Of a stretch of DNA of 44,313 bases, positions 29,218 to 37,576 are shown piece after piece. How positions within the stretch are numbered: the first letter of the stretch is position 1; each line of letters begins with the position of its first letter. The notes beneath the pieces were generated by a model, which saw only the letters and a list, made by a program, of their open reading frames with translations, had not been told where the DNA came from and made no database searches. The stretch comes from a candidate division WOR-3 bacterium (lineage in GTDB: Bacteria > Hydrothermota > Hydrothermia > LBFQ01 > DSFT01), in contig CBFGJN010000009.1 in the NCBI GenBank assembly GCA_965649115.1, forward strand, positions 1-44,313. Direction: 5' to 3'. A program made the translations under genes and the position numbers.

Positions 29218-30435
29218 ATGAGAAAACTCTTAACATTAGCAATTGCCCTTTGGGCAATAGGTGCATGTGGAAAGAAAGGTAGCGGTAGCTCATCGTCTGA
29301 ACCTGTTCGTGAAATTGCTGTTGGTGGTGATCTTGCTATGAATAGAGCAGTCCAAAGAGTAAAACCCTCACAAACAAATCCCACCTTATTATATCAAAAG
29401 CTTAAAGAGTTCAATAATTCTATAAACGGAAATTGTCCAATTAGTGGTTCCTACCAAACTGGAGGAAATACATCTGATAACGATGTTGATGGGGTATATC
29501 CTGGTGGATATTACCTTTTCTCAAGTTGTATAGTTCAAGTTCCAAATGAATATGCAGTTCCAGTTTATGTTTATGTAGATGGATATTTTATAGGTCTTGA
29601 TCCAAATGATAACAATCCTTACATATACAAAGCTGCCCTGCAAGATTTGTTTTTCCTAATTTATATTCAAGATCCATATTCTGGAAATGCTTATTTCTTT
29701 GCTGACTATTATCCTCATGATACTTTATATGTAAGTGGTAATGAAAGTGGTGTTTCATCGGATGAGAGTTTTGGTGAGGATTTAAGTTGGGGATACGATA
29801 ATGGTTCTCCTGGTGATACAATAACATTTTGTGAATATATGAGTAATAGTTCGGATACGCTTGGAGCAAGTTATAATCCAGATGATAATCAGTTTGATCC
29901 AAATCAAGATGAAAATGCTGATTATTATGCTGGTGGATATTATTTATATAGCTATGAGAATTATCAGCAAAATAACACTTGTAATGATAACCAACCTGTT
30001 GATTCAGTTGGTGCATCTATTGATGTTAATCCAAGTGGCTCAGAAGGAACACCTTTACATGATGATGTAAATTGTAAATATGACCCTTCAAATGGTGGTC
30101 AAAGTGGAACAAAAGAGTTTAATAGCGGTAAAGCAAGATTGAAAAATAGAGCAAGCGGTGCTATAAATGAAATAAATTATGGTTCTGATTGTAAATCTTC
30201 ATTCTCTTCTGGAAGTTTATATGGTTATGTTCCGAATTTTGGTCCAAATGGAGGAATTTTAGGTATTGAAAAAATGATAAATTATAAATTGAAAACAGAA
30301 CCTGCTTATAAATTATTCTCTAATCAAAATGTAAATTCTGAAATTATAAGTAAATTCCAAAAAATAAAGAATAAAGTTATTGTTAAGAATGCTCAAATGA
30401 AAATAAAACTTGAAAAACTAAAAGCTATGTACTAG
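29218..30435 (+). CDS. Acidic, Cys-containing surface lipoprotein of unknown function
   Basis: Lipobox IGAC followed by a G/S linker; D/N/Y-rich body; Lys-rich C-terminal tail. Confidence 0.75.
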   Translation: MRKLLTLAIALWAIGACGKKGSGSSSSEPVREIAVGGDLAMNRAVQRVKPSQTNPTLLYQKLKEFNNSINGNCPISGSYQTGGNTSDNDVDGVYPGGYYLFSSCIVQVPNEYAVPVYVYVDGYFIGLDPNDNNPYIYKAALQDLFFLIYIQDPYSGNAYFFADYYPHDTLYVSGNESGVSSDESFGEDLSWGYDNGSPGDTITFCEYMSNSSDTLGASYNPDDNQFDPNQDENADYYAGGYYLYSYENYQQNNTCNDNQPVDSVGASIDVNPSGSEGTPLHDDVNCKYDPSNGGQSGTKEFNSGKARLKNRASGAINEINYGSDCKSSFSSGSLYGYVPNFGPNGGILGIEKMINYKLKTEPAYKLFSNQNVNSEIISKFQKIKNKVIVKNAQMKIKLEKLKAMY

Positions 30436-30458
30436 GGGGCTCTTGCCCCTTATTTTTT
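30436..30458 (+). terminator. Rho-independent terminator-like hairpin
   Basis: GGGGC-TCTT-GCCCC followed by TTATTTTTT directly after the stop codon. Confidence 0.6.
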
Positions 30459-30479
30459 CATAAAGGAGAAAGTAAGATT

Positions 30480-32030
30480 ATGTTAAGGTTACTAATAACA
30501 ATAACCCTTTTTATAAGCATAGGATATGCTCAAACAAGCAAAATTGTTTGGATGAATTATAGTGCAACAGGATGTATAACCTGTCATAGGATAGCATCCG
30601 TGAAAATGAATGATACACTATATATCTTTGGAACTTTTCATTATAATAATAAACTTAATCCATTTCTTATTGCAGTTGATAGTGCTTTAAATATCAAATG
30701 GTATAAGGCTTTTAGTCATAATTTGGATAATTTGGCAATTGATAAAATTGTAAAAATTAATGATAGCTTAATTGCTATAAGTGGAGGACATTCTCCTTTG
30801 GATGGTAAATGCCCAAACTATAATTGTTCATTTGTAGGTTTATTCAATGTCAAAAATCAAAATTTCATATGGTCTAAATATAGAGTTGGTGGCAGTGGAG
30901 TTGGATTATCAGTTGTAGGATTGGACTTTGATGGTAAAAACTTAATTTTTTCTGCTCAAAGTAATACTAATAATAATGGTTCTTGGATTTTTAAAACTGA
31001 TTTAAGTGGAAATATACTATGGCAGAAATTAATTTGGACAGGTTGGGAATTTAATACGATGGATATAGCCTTTGATGGTTCTAATTATGTATCACTATTT
31101 TATACCTATTCCTCTGGAAATCCTACTATTATAAAATTTGATACATTAGGCAATTTTCTATGGGCAAAAAGTTATGAATTTGGATATAGCGAAAGTGCTT
31201 ATAGAATTATTGCTGATAATAATAGTTATGTTGTCGTAGTTCTTGGTTGTAATAATCCCTGTGGAGGAGATCTTAATATAATTGTTTTTAAAACTGATAC
31301 AAGTGGAAATATCTTATGGTCAAAGTCATATTCTTCAAATGTTGCTGGATGGGCTAGTGAGGATAGAGCTTATAACATAGCATTTGATTATGATGGGAAT
31401 TATCTTGTTAGTGGTTTTATAAGGGCAAGTTCAAGTTCATCTTATCCAATTGTCTTAAAAATAAATAGAAATAATGGAAGTTTAATATGGTCAAGAGTTT
31501 GGAATACACCACCACCGAATACATCTTCAAATGAAGCAAAAGGCATAATATCCATTGGACAAGGAAAATTCTATTTATTGACATTTGTTGGAAATGGAAC
31601 TGATGCAAGTGGAGGATTTGCAATTATTAGAGAAGATACTTCTTTGAGCTCAGCTTGTACTTCTTCCTCATCTACCTTTAATGAAAGTTCAATAACACCT
31701 AGTGTATCAAATTTAACTCCCTCTTTACAAGATGCTAATTATTCTTTAAATGATTTAGCATTTTCTTCTTATATACCTAACATCAACCAACAATCTGGTT
31801 GTGAGATAACTTCCAACTACGAATTTTATAAATCTTGTTCATTTGAAATTAAAGGCAATAGGGGTTATATTGATATAAAACTTAAAGAAAGGAATAGTGT
31901 TATTATTTATGACATAGTTGGAAATGTTGTTTATAGTGAATTTTTTGAAGGTGAAAGGAAAGTTAAGGTAAAGAATGGGATTTATATTATTAAAGTAGGA
32001 AGAGAAAAAGTGAAAATTATTGTAAAATAG
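30480..32030 (+). CDS. Secreted beta-propeller repeat protein with T9SS-like C-terminal domain
   Basis: Signal peptide ..SIGYA/Q; repeats K(T/F)DxxGN(I/F)LWxK; S/T linker; IYDIVGNVV..NGIYIIKV..KIIVK; AAGGAG SD. Confidence 0.8.
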   Translation: MLRLLITITLFISIGYAQTSKIVWMNYSATGCITCHRIASVKMNDTLYIFGTFHYNNKLNPFLIAVDSALNIKWYKAFSHNLDNLAIDKIVKINDSLIAISGGHSPLDGKCPNYNCSFVGLFNVKNQNFIWSKYRVGGSGVGLSVVGLDFDGKNLIFSAQSNTNNNGSWIFKTDLSGNILWQKLIWTGWEFNTMDIAFDGSNYVSLFYTYSSGNPTIIKFDTLGNFLWAKSYEFGYSESAYRIIADNNSYVVVVLGCNNPCGGDLNIIVFKTDTSGNILWSKSYSSNVAGWASEDRAYNIAFDYDGNYLVSGFIRASSSSSYPIVLKINRNNGSLIWSRVWNTPPPNTSSNEAKGIISIGQGKFYLLTFVGNGTDASGGFAIIREDTSLSSACTSSSSTFNESSITPSVSNLTPSLQDANYSLNDLAFSSYIPNINQQSGCEITSNYEFYKSCSFEIKGNRGYIDIKLKERNSVIIYDIVGNVVYSEFFEGERKVKVKNGIYIIKVGREKVKIIVK

Positions 32031-32034
32031 TGAT

Positions 32035-32153
32035 TTTATTGGGGGCATAGCCCCCATAACCGAAATATGGGCATTTTAAAGCCGAAGGCTTAAATTTAGG
32101 GTGGATGATAAAATAAAGAAAAGTAAATGATTTCAGAATTACTAGACAAAACA
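32035..32153 (-). mobile_element. Partial MITE-like repeat copy
   Basis: GGGGGC-ATA-GCCCCC, AAGCC-GAA-GGCTT, end AATTACTAGACAAAACA. Confidence 0.78.
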
Positions 32154-32162
32154 TTTTGCCTT

Positions 32163-32367
32163 TGCTTTGTCCAATAAATAATGTTAAGTGCTTGATAGTC
32201 AATAACTTATTAAAAATTCATTAAAATTCTTGAAATAATGGGGGAATTTAAGGGGGGCGAAGCCCCCCAAAGCATAAGAATGGGTATTTTAAAGCCGAAG
32301 GCTTATATTCAGGGTGGGTGGGAGAAGTATAGAAATAATTATATTTTCAGAATTACTAGACAAAGCA
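32163..32367 (-). mobile_element. Most complete MITE-like element (205 bp) with perfect 9-bp flanking direct repeat
   Basis: TIRs TGCTTTGTCCAATAAAT / AATTACTAGACAAAGCA; TTTTGCCTT at 32154-32162 and 32368-32376; all internal modules present. Confidence 0.88.
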
Positions 32368-32384
32368 TTTTGCCTTAAACCTTA

Positions 32385-32395
32385 TCCTTTAAAAT
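32385..32395 (+). promoter_or_regulatory. Representative -10-like motif (TCCTTTAAAAT) 7 nt before the ATG
   Basis: The same motif recurs 6-11 nt upstream of 14 start codons in the window. Confidence 0.65.
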
Positions 32396-32402
32396 TTGAA
32401 AT

Positions 32403-33476
32403 ATGTCAATCGGTTTCTTAAAAGGTGATATAATTCCATTAATGCCAAACACAATAAATGAAATTAAAAAATTAAATTTAGAAATTTTCTTTGAAAAGAA
32501 TATAGCTCAAAATATATACATAGATGACGAAGAATTTGAAAAATTAGGAGCAAAAGCTTTAAATAAAGAAGAAATTTTAAATAGTTGTGATATTCTTGTT
32601 TATTATAAATTTAACTATAACGATATTGAATATATTAGGAGAGGTTCAATTCTAATTGGCTTATTTGACCCATTTGTAAATAAAGAAAAATTAAAATTAC
32701 TTTTGGAGAAACAATTAACAATTTTTTCATTAGAACTAATACCAAGAATTTCAAGAGCACAAAGTATGGATGTTTTAAGTTCATTAGCAACAATAGCAGG
32801 TTATAAAGCTGTAATTATATCAGCATATTATTTCAACAGGATTTTTCCATTACTTATGACATCTGCTGGAAATTTGCTTCCCGCGAAAGTTTTCATAATT
32901 GGTGCTGGCGTAGCAGGTTTGTCTGCTATTGCTACTGCTAAAAGACTTGGAGCATATGTATCCGCTTATGACGTCAGGATAAGTGTTAAAGAACAGGTTG
33001 AAAGTCTTGGAGCAAAATTTGTAGATTTGGGATTATTTAGTGAAGAAGAAAAGTACGGATATGCAAAAAAGATGGATGAAGAATTTTACAAAAGACAAAG
33101 AGAAGCATTAAAAGAGTATTTAAAAGACATTGATATTGTTATAACAACAGCATCTGTAATAGGAGCAAAAGCACCAATTCTAATTACAAAAGATATGGTT
33201 GAAGTAATGAAAAAAGGTAGTATAATAGTAGATTTGGCTGTTGAAAAAGGTGGAAATTGTGAATTAACGAAATATAACGAAATATATGAATATAATGGTA
33301 TTAAAATTATTGGAATTCCAAATCTACCAGCACTTGTTCCTTATCATTCAAGTTTTATGTTCTCAAATAATATAAAGAATTTTCTAAAAATCATTATTAA
33401 AGATGGCTCTTTAAATTTGAACTTCAACGATGAAATTATAAGAGAAACACTTATAAGCAATGAAAAAATTACTTAG
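32403..33476 (+). CDS. pntA: NAD(P) transhydrogenase subunit alpha, soluble domain I
   Basis: IPRISRAQSMDVLSS, AGYKAV, GAGVAGL, EQVESLGA, DLAVEKGGNC. Confidence 0.92.
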   Translation: MSIGFLKGDIIPLMPNTINEIKKLNLEIFFEKNIAQNIYIDDEEFEKLGAKALNKEEILNSCDILVYYKFNYNDIEYIRRGSILIGLFDPFVNKEKLKLLLEKQLTIFSLELIPRISRAQSMDVLSSLATIAGYKAVIISAYYFNRIFPLLMTSAGNLLPAKVFIIGAGVAGLSAIATAKRLGAYVSAYDVRISVKEQVESLGAKFVDLGLFSEEEKYGYAKKMDEEFYKRQREALKEYLKDIDIVITTASVIGAKAPILITKDMVEVMKKGSIIVDLAVEKGGNCELTKYNEIYEYNGIKIIGIPNLPALVPYHSSFMFSNNIKNFLKIIIKDGSLNLNFNDEIIRETLISNEKIT

Positions 33477-33879
33477 TTTTCTTATAATTGCCTTTATTTT
33501 CTCCTGTAATAAAAATCCAAACCAACCCGAGCAAAATAAACAATTTTATCTAATAGATATATATCATGGAACTATTGGTTTAGGTCCAAGAAGTTATTGG
33601 TCGGTTAAGTTTTATACTGAGGAAGGTGATTCAATATACTTTGAAGCAGTTGTTAATAATGGTAATGATATTAGTTATGCATTTTGGTGCGATAGTATCA
33701 ATTTTGAAAGATGGAAAAATAATGAGAATGCCCAATTAAGAAATTATCAAGAAGCAATTTTAAATTATTCAATTAATTCAATTGTTTCAAAAGGAACTTA
33801 TTATATTGTTTTAGGAAATAGTGCTTATTTTAATTCTAAAATATATTGGGCAAGAGGTTATATAAAGGGTTTAAGATGA
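33460..33879 (+). CDS. Small lipoprotein, beta-sandwich
   Basis: Lipobox IFSC; GDSIYF..GTYYIVLGN. Confidence 0.7.
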   Translation: MKKLLSFLIIAFIFSCNKNPNQPEQNKQFYLIDIYHGTIGLGPRSYWSVKFYTEEGDSIYFEAVVNNGNDISYAFWCDSINFERWKNNENAQLRNYQEAILNYSINSIVSKGTYYIVLGNSAYFNSKIYWARGYIKGLR

Positions 33880-35180
33880 TAACATTATTTTTATCTTTAA
33901 TAAATTTTCAGGATTGGGATGGAAAAAGCATCATAATCAAAACAAAAAATGATTATATTCCAAATGTTTTAAGCAATTTTAGAATTGAAAAATTAAGAAT
34001 AAAAAATGCTTATAAAGTTTATATTGGAAACAATAAGCAAATTCTTGAATATCTTCAAAGTGATAAAAATATCATTTATGCTGAACCAACCATTAAATTT
34101 AAGTTATCTTATGAGCCTAATGACCCATATTATAGTGAGCTTTGGGGGTTATATGTAATGTACTTAAATTACGCTTGGAATATAAGTAGAGGTTCTTCAA
34201 ATGTCAAAGTTTGCGTTATAGATACGGGAATTGATATTTATCATGAAGATTTAAATGAAAATTTCTTAGCGGGATATGATGAAGTTGATAACGATAATGA
34301 CATTTCTCCACCTTCTTCATCAGAAGAACACGGAACACATGTTTCTGGAACAATTTTAGCAATAATGGATAATAATAAAGGCATTGTTGGAATTTCTCCT
34401 AATAGTAAATTACTTGGTTGTAGAGCTTTAACGAATAATGGAGGAACAAGTGATGATATTGCCAATTGTATAATGTGGTGTATAAATAATGGAGCAAGAG
34501 TTATAAATATGAGTCTTGGTTCTTCTTCACCAAGCTTAATTATTAAAGAAGCAATAGATAGTGCTTATAGTAAAAATGTTATAGTTGTCGCAGCTGCTGG
34601 AAATGATGGACATTATGGTATAGATTATCCTGCTGCTTATGATAATGTAATAGCTGTTGGAGCATTAGATAAGAATGGACAAAGAGCAAGTTTTAGTAAT
34701 TATGGACCTGAACTTGACTTTGTAGCTCCTGGTGTTGATATTCTATCAACAGTTCCATATAATAATCAATATGCCAAACTTCAAGGAACATCTATGGCAA
34801 CACCTCATATTACTGGAACAATTGCTTTAATCCTTTCAATAAATCCAAACTTAAATTTTAATGATATTTATAATATATTAAAATCTTCTGCTATTCAAAT
34901 TGGACAGCTACCAAGAAATGATTATTATGGTTGGGGACTTGTTAATGTTTATAGAGCATTATTAAATACACCACAACCTACCTTTTCAAATTTTGATATT
35001 AAATCTCCTGAAATTAAAATTTTTGGTAAATTTGTTAAAATTAAATCAGAAAAGAAATTTGAAATTTATTCAATAAATGGCAATAAAATTATTTCTACTA
35101 ATAATTTTGAAGGCTTTTTGAATAGTGGTATTTATTTTTTGAAATATGAAGGAAATTTAAAAAAGTTTTTGATTCCTTAA
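33876..35180 (+). CDS. S8 subtilisin-family serine protease with short T9SS-like C-terminal domain (start likely ATG 33876)
   Basis: VIDTG, HGTHVSG, AAAGN, GTSMATPH; C-terminal IYSING..SGIYFLK; ATGA overlap with the upstream gene. Confidence 0.92.
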   Translation: MITLFLSLINFQDWDGKSIIIKTKNDYIPNVLSNFRIEKLRIKNAYKVYIGNNKQILEYLQSDKNIIYAEPTIKFKLSYEPNDPYYSELWGLYVMYLNYAWNISRGSSNVKVCVIDTGIDIYHEDLNENFLAGYDEVDNDNDISPPSSSEEHGTHVSGTILAIMDNNKGIVGISPNSKLLGCRALTNNGGTSDDIANCIMWCINNGARVINMSLGSSSPSLIIKEAIDSAYSKNVIVVAAAGNDGHYGIDYPAAYDNVIAVGALDKNGQRASFSNYGPELDFVAPGVDILSTVPYNNQYAKLQGTSMATPHITGTIALILSINPNLNFNDIYNILKSSAIQIGQLPRNDYYGWGLVNVYRALLNTPQPTFSNFDIKSPEIKIFGKFVKIKSEKKFEIYSINGNKIISTNNFEGFLNSGIYFLKYEGNLKKFLIP

Positions 35181-35191
35181 TATGATTATTC

Positions 35192-35947
35192 ATGAAGAAA
35201 CTATTCAATTTAAGCATTTATGAATTTGATTTTATTTTAAGGGAAGTTTTGAATAAAACATATTCGGATTATTTAATAAATGGCATTAGTAATCAGGAAT
35301 TTGAAAAGATAAAACCTTATATTGAAATTGCTAAATATAAGCCTGTTGAATATATTTTCAATAAAGCTTTTTTTAGAAATTTAGAACTATATGTAGATGA
35401 AAATGTACTTATTCCAAGAAATGAAACTGAACAACTTGTAGATATTGCCATTAAAATAATCAAAGAAAAAAATTATTTTAAAATTTTTGAAATTGGAATA
35501 GGAAGTGGAGCGATTAGTATTAGTTTGGCAAAAGAAATTGATAAAATCAAAATTTTTGCTAATGATATTTCATTTAATACCTTAAAAGTTGCTCAAAAAA
35601 ATATAAAAAAATATCAAATTGAAAGTAAAATTTTTTTATTTTGTGGAGATACAATAAAATCAATAAAATCAAAATTTCACTTAATTATTTGGAACATTCC
35701 TTATATCCTTGAAGATGAATATATTTATTTAGATAAGAAAGTAAAAGCAGAACCAAAATTAGCATTGTTATACAAAGAAGAAGTTTTTAGTCAATTTCTA
35801 AATAACTTTAAAAATTTCTTATTTGAAAACGGAAGCTGCCTTTTAGAAATATCACCAAAATTATCAGAAAAATTAAAAAATTATGGATTTGAAATTTTAA
35901 ATGATTTTTATGGTACTCAAAGATTTGCTTTATATACGAATTCTTGA
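35192..35947 (+). CDS. prmC: Release factor glutamine methyltransferase (HemK/PrmC)
   Basis: KPVEYI, VLIPRNETE, EIGIGSGAI, NIPY (NPPY variant), EPKLAL. Confidence 0.85.
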   Translation: MKKLFNLSIYEFDFILREVLNKTYSDYLINGISNQEFEKIKPYIEIAKYKPVEYIFNKAFFRNLELYVDENVLIPRNETEQLVDIAIKIIKEKNYFKIFEIGIGSGAISISLAKEIDKIKIFANDISFNTLKVAQKNIKKYQIESKIFLFCGDTIKSIKSKFHLIIWNIPYILEDEYIYLDKKVKAEPKLALLYKEEVFSQFLNNFKNFLFENGSCLLEISPKLSEKLKNYGFEILNDFYGTQRFALYTNS

Positions 35948-36039
35948 TTTAAAGAGTTTTAATAGTTGAGATTTTTAAAGCCAAAAATAAGGCTTAAATC
36001 TCCAATTTTCGCTTTGGGGCAAAGCCCCTAAATTAGGCT

Positions 36040-36191
36040 TGCTTTGTTCAATAATTATTGTTAAGTTGTTGATAATCAATTATTTATTGGAGGATTTTAA
36101 GGGGGGAAAGCTTTTAAGGCGAAGCCTTATTTTCAGGGTGGGTGTGAAAAATATAATAAAATAAGGACTTCCAGAATTTTGGGGCACAACA
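36040..36191 (-). mobile_element. MITE-like repeat copy, diverged
   Basis: TGCTTTGTTCAATAATT, IHF-consensus 36062-36074, TAAGGC-GAA-GCCTTA, AGGGTGGGTGTG, end ..GGGCACAACA. Confidence 0.78.
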
Positions 36192-36200
36192 TTTAGACTT

Positions 36201-36282
36201 AACTTTGACTTATAAAAATTTTATTAGAATTATTTATTTAAGGGGGGCTTTGCCCCCCATAGCAAAATTACTAGACACAGCA
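36201..36282. mobile_element. Short MITE derivative with 9-bp flanking direct repeat
   Basis: TTTAGACTT at 36192-36200 and 36283-36291; GGGGGGC-TTT-GCCCCCC; end AATTACTAGACACAGCA. Confidence 0.72.
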
Positions 36283-36289
36283 TTTAGAC

Positions 36290-37576
36290 TTAAAAGTTAG
36301 GTTTTACAATATAAACCTTTCCTAAATATGGAGCATTTAAAGAATCAATAACATTTTCAGCTTTTATATGACTTACAATATAATTACAATTTACATTCAA
36401 ATTTAAAAGATTAAACTGATTGTCTCTTGAATAAAATTTATAAAATCCAATAGGTTTTTTAAGATAAAAGTAAAGTTCAGATGCTAATTGATAATTCGTA
36501 GCACATAAATTCTCGTTTTTTACAATTTTTTTAACTTCTTTAGAAAATAATTCCCAATTTCTAAATTGACTTGTAGGGTCATTTTGAAAATTAAAAATTG
36601 GAAATAAAATGTGAATTTTTAAGATAAAAATTAAAATTGAATTTATAATTGAAACAACTATGAAAATTCTTCTTAAAAAATTTTTTTCAATTAAATAATG
36701 ATATGAAAGATAAATTAAAGGGAAGATAATTGGACATGTCCAATTCGCCTCTATTTTATTTCTAAAACTCATAATCAAGAAAAATAACAATATGCCTATT
36801 AAATTAAATTTTAAGACATTTTCAAAAGCATCTCTTGGCTTATAAAGAAATGATGAAATAATTGTTATAAATCCCACAAGAGGACCATAAACAAGAAACT
36901 GACCTAAAACATAATCAAAAACATTGTTAATTTCAAAGCCTAAACCTTCCCTTTTAAATAATTGATATTTTATCGTTATAAAATCATTTTCAAATTGCCA
37001 AATTATATGAGGCAGATAAAACATTAAACTTAAAGCAAAAATAAAATAAAATGATTTTCTCTTAAAAATAATTTCTCTAATTGCAAAAATTGTAAAAAAA
37101 ATTATTAAAATTGAATGATACTTTGAATAAAGCATTAGTGCTATTGAAATTGAAACAAAAAAAGCATCTTTAAAACTATCTTTCATTAAATAATTTCTTA
37201 AAAAATAAAAAAATAAACTTTCTGAAAAAACTAACAATCCATCTGGAACTGCAATAAATCCACCTGCATTTAACAATAAATTTGATAAAATTAATAATGA
37301 AAATAAAATTTCATCTTTTTGCTTTAACATTTTATAAAGAATTATTATGGAAGTTGCGCTTAAAATAATTGTTAAAAGTCTAACACCAAGTTCATTTTTA
37401 AAAATTAAATAACCAATTTTAATTGAAAGTGCAATTAATGGAGGATGATCAAAATACCCAAAACTTAAATAATTTGACCAAACCCAATAGTATGCTTCAT
37501 CAGGTGCCAAGTCTAAAAAATAACTTAAAATGACATTTGAAATAACCCAAAATAAAATTAAACTACTGAATAACAC
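36290..37576 (-). CDS. ArnT/PMT-family (GT-C fold) glycosyltransferase
   Basis: PDEAYYWVWS..GYFDHPPL, GVRL, PDG, SKY; multi-TM. Confidence 0.88.
   Translation of the reverse strand: MLFSSLILFWVISNVILSYFLDLAPDEAYYWVWSNYLSFGYFDHPPLIALSIKIGYLIFKNELGVRLLTIILSATSIIILYKMLKQKDEILFSLLILSNLLLNAGGFIAVPDGLLVFSESLFFYFLRNYLMKDSFKDAFFVSISIALMLYSKYHSILIIFFTIFAIREIIFKRKSFYFIFALSLMFYLPHIIWQFENDFITIKYQLFKREGLGFEINNVFDYVLGQFLVYGPLVGFITIISSFLYKPRDAFENVLKFNLIGILLFFLIMSFRNKIEANWTCPIIFPLIYLSYHYLIEKNFLRRIFIVVSIINSILIFILKIHILFPIFNFQNDPTSQFRNWELFSKEVKKIVKNENLCATNYQLASELYFYLKKPIGFYKFYSRDNQFNLLNLNVNCNYIVSHIKAENVIDSLNAPYLGKVYIVKPNF

Noticed and set aside
32017..32202. Short ORFs over repeat DNA (also 20391..20708)
   Set aside because: They translate element sequence, are not conserved as ORFs between copies, and show no transposase motifs.
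32240..32322. G-quadruplex in the G-rich strand of the element
   Set aside because: GGGTGGGTGGG provides only three close G-runs, and the other G-runs are distant or paired in hairpins.
35690..35710. PrmC NPPY changed to NIPY as evidence of inactivation
   Set aside because: It is a single substitution with N, P and Y retained and other motifs intact, so loss of function cannot be claimed.
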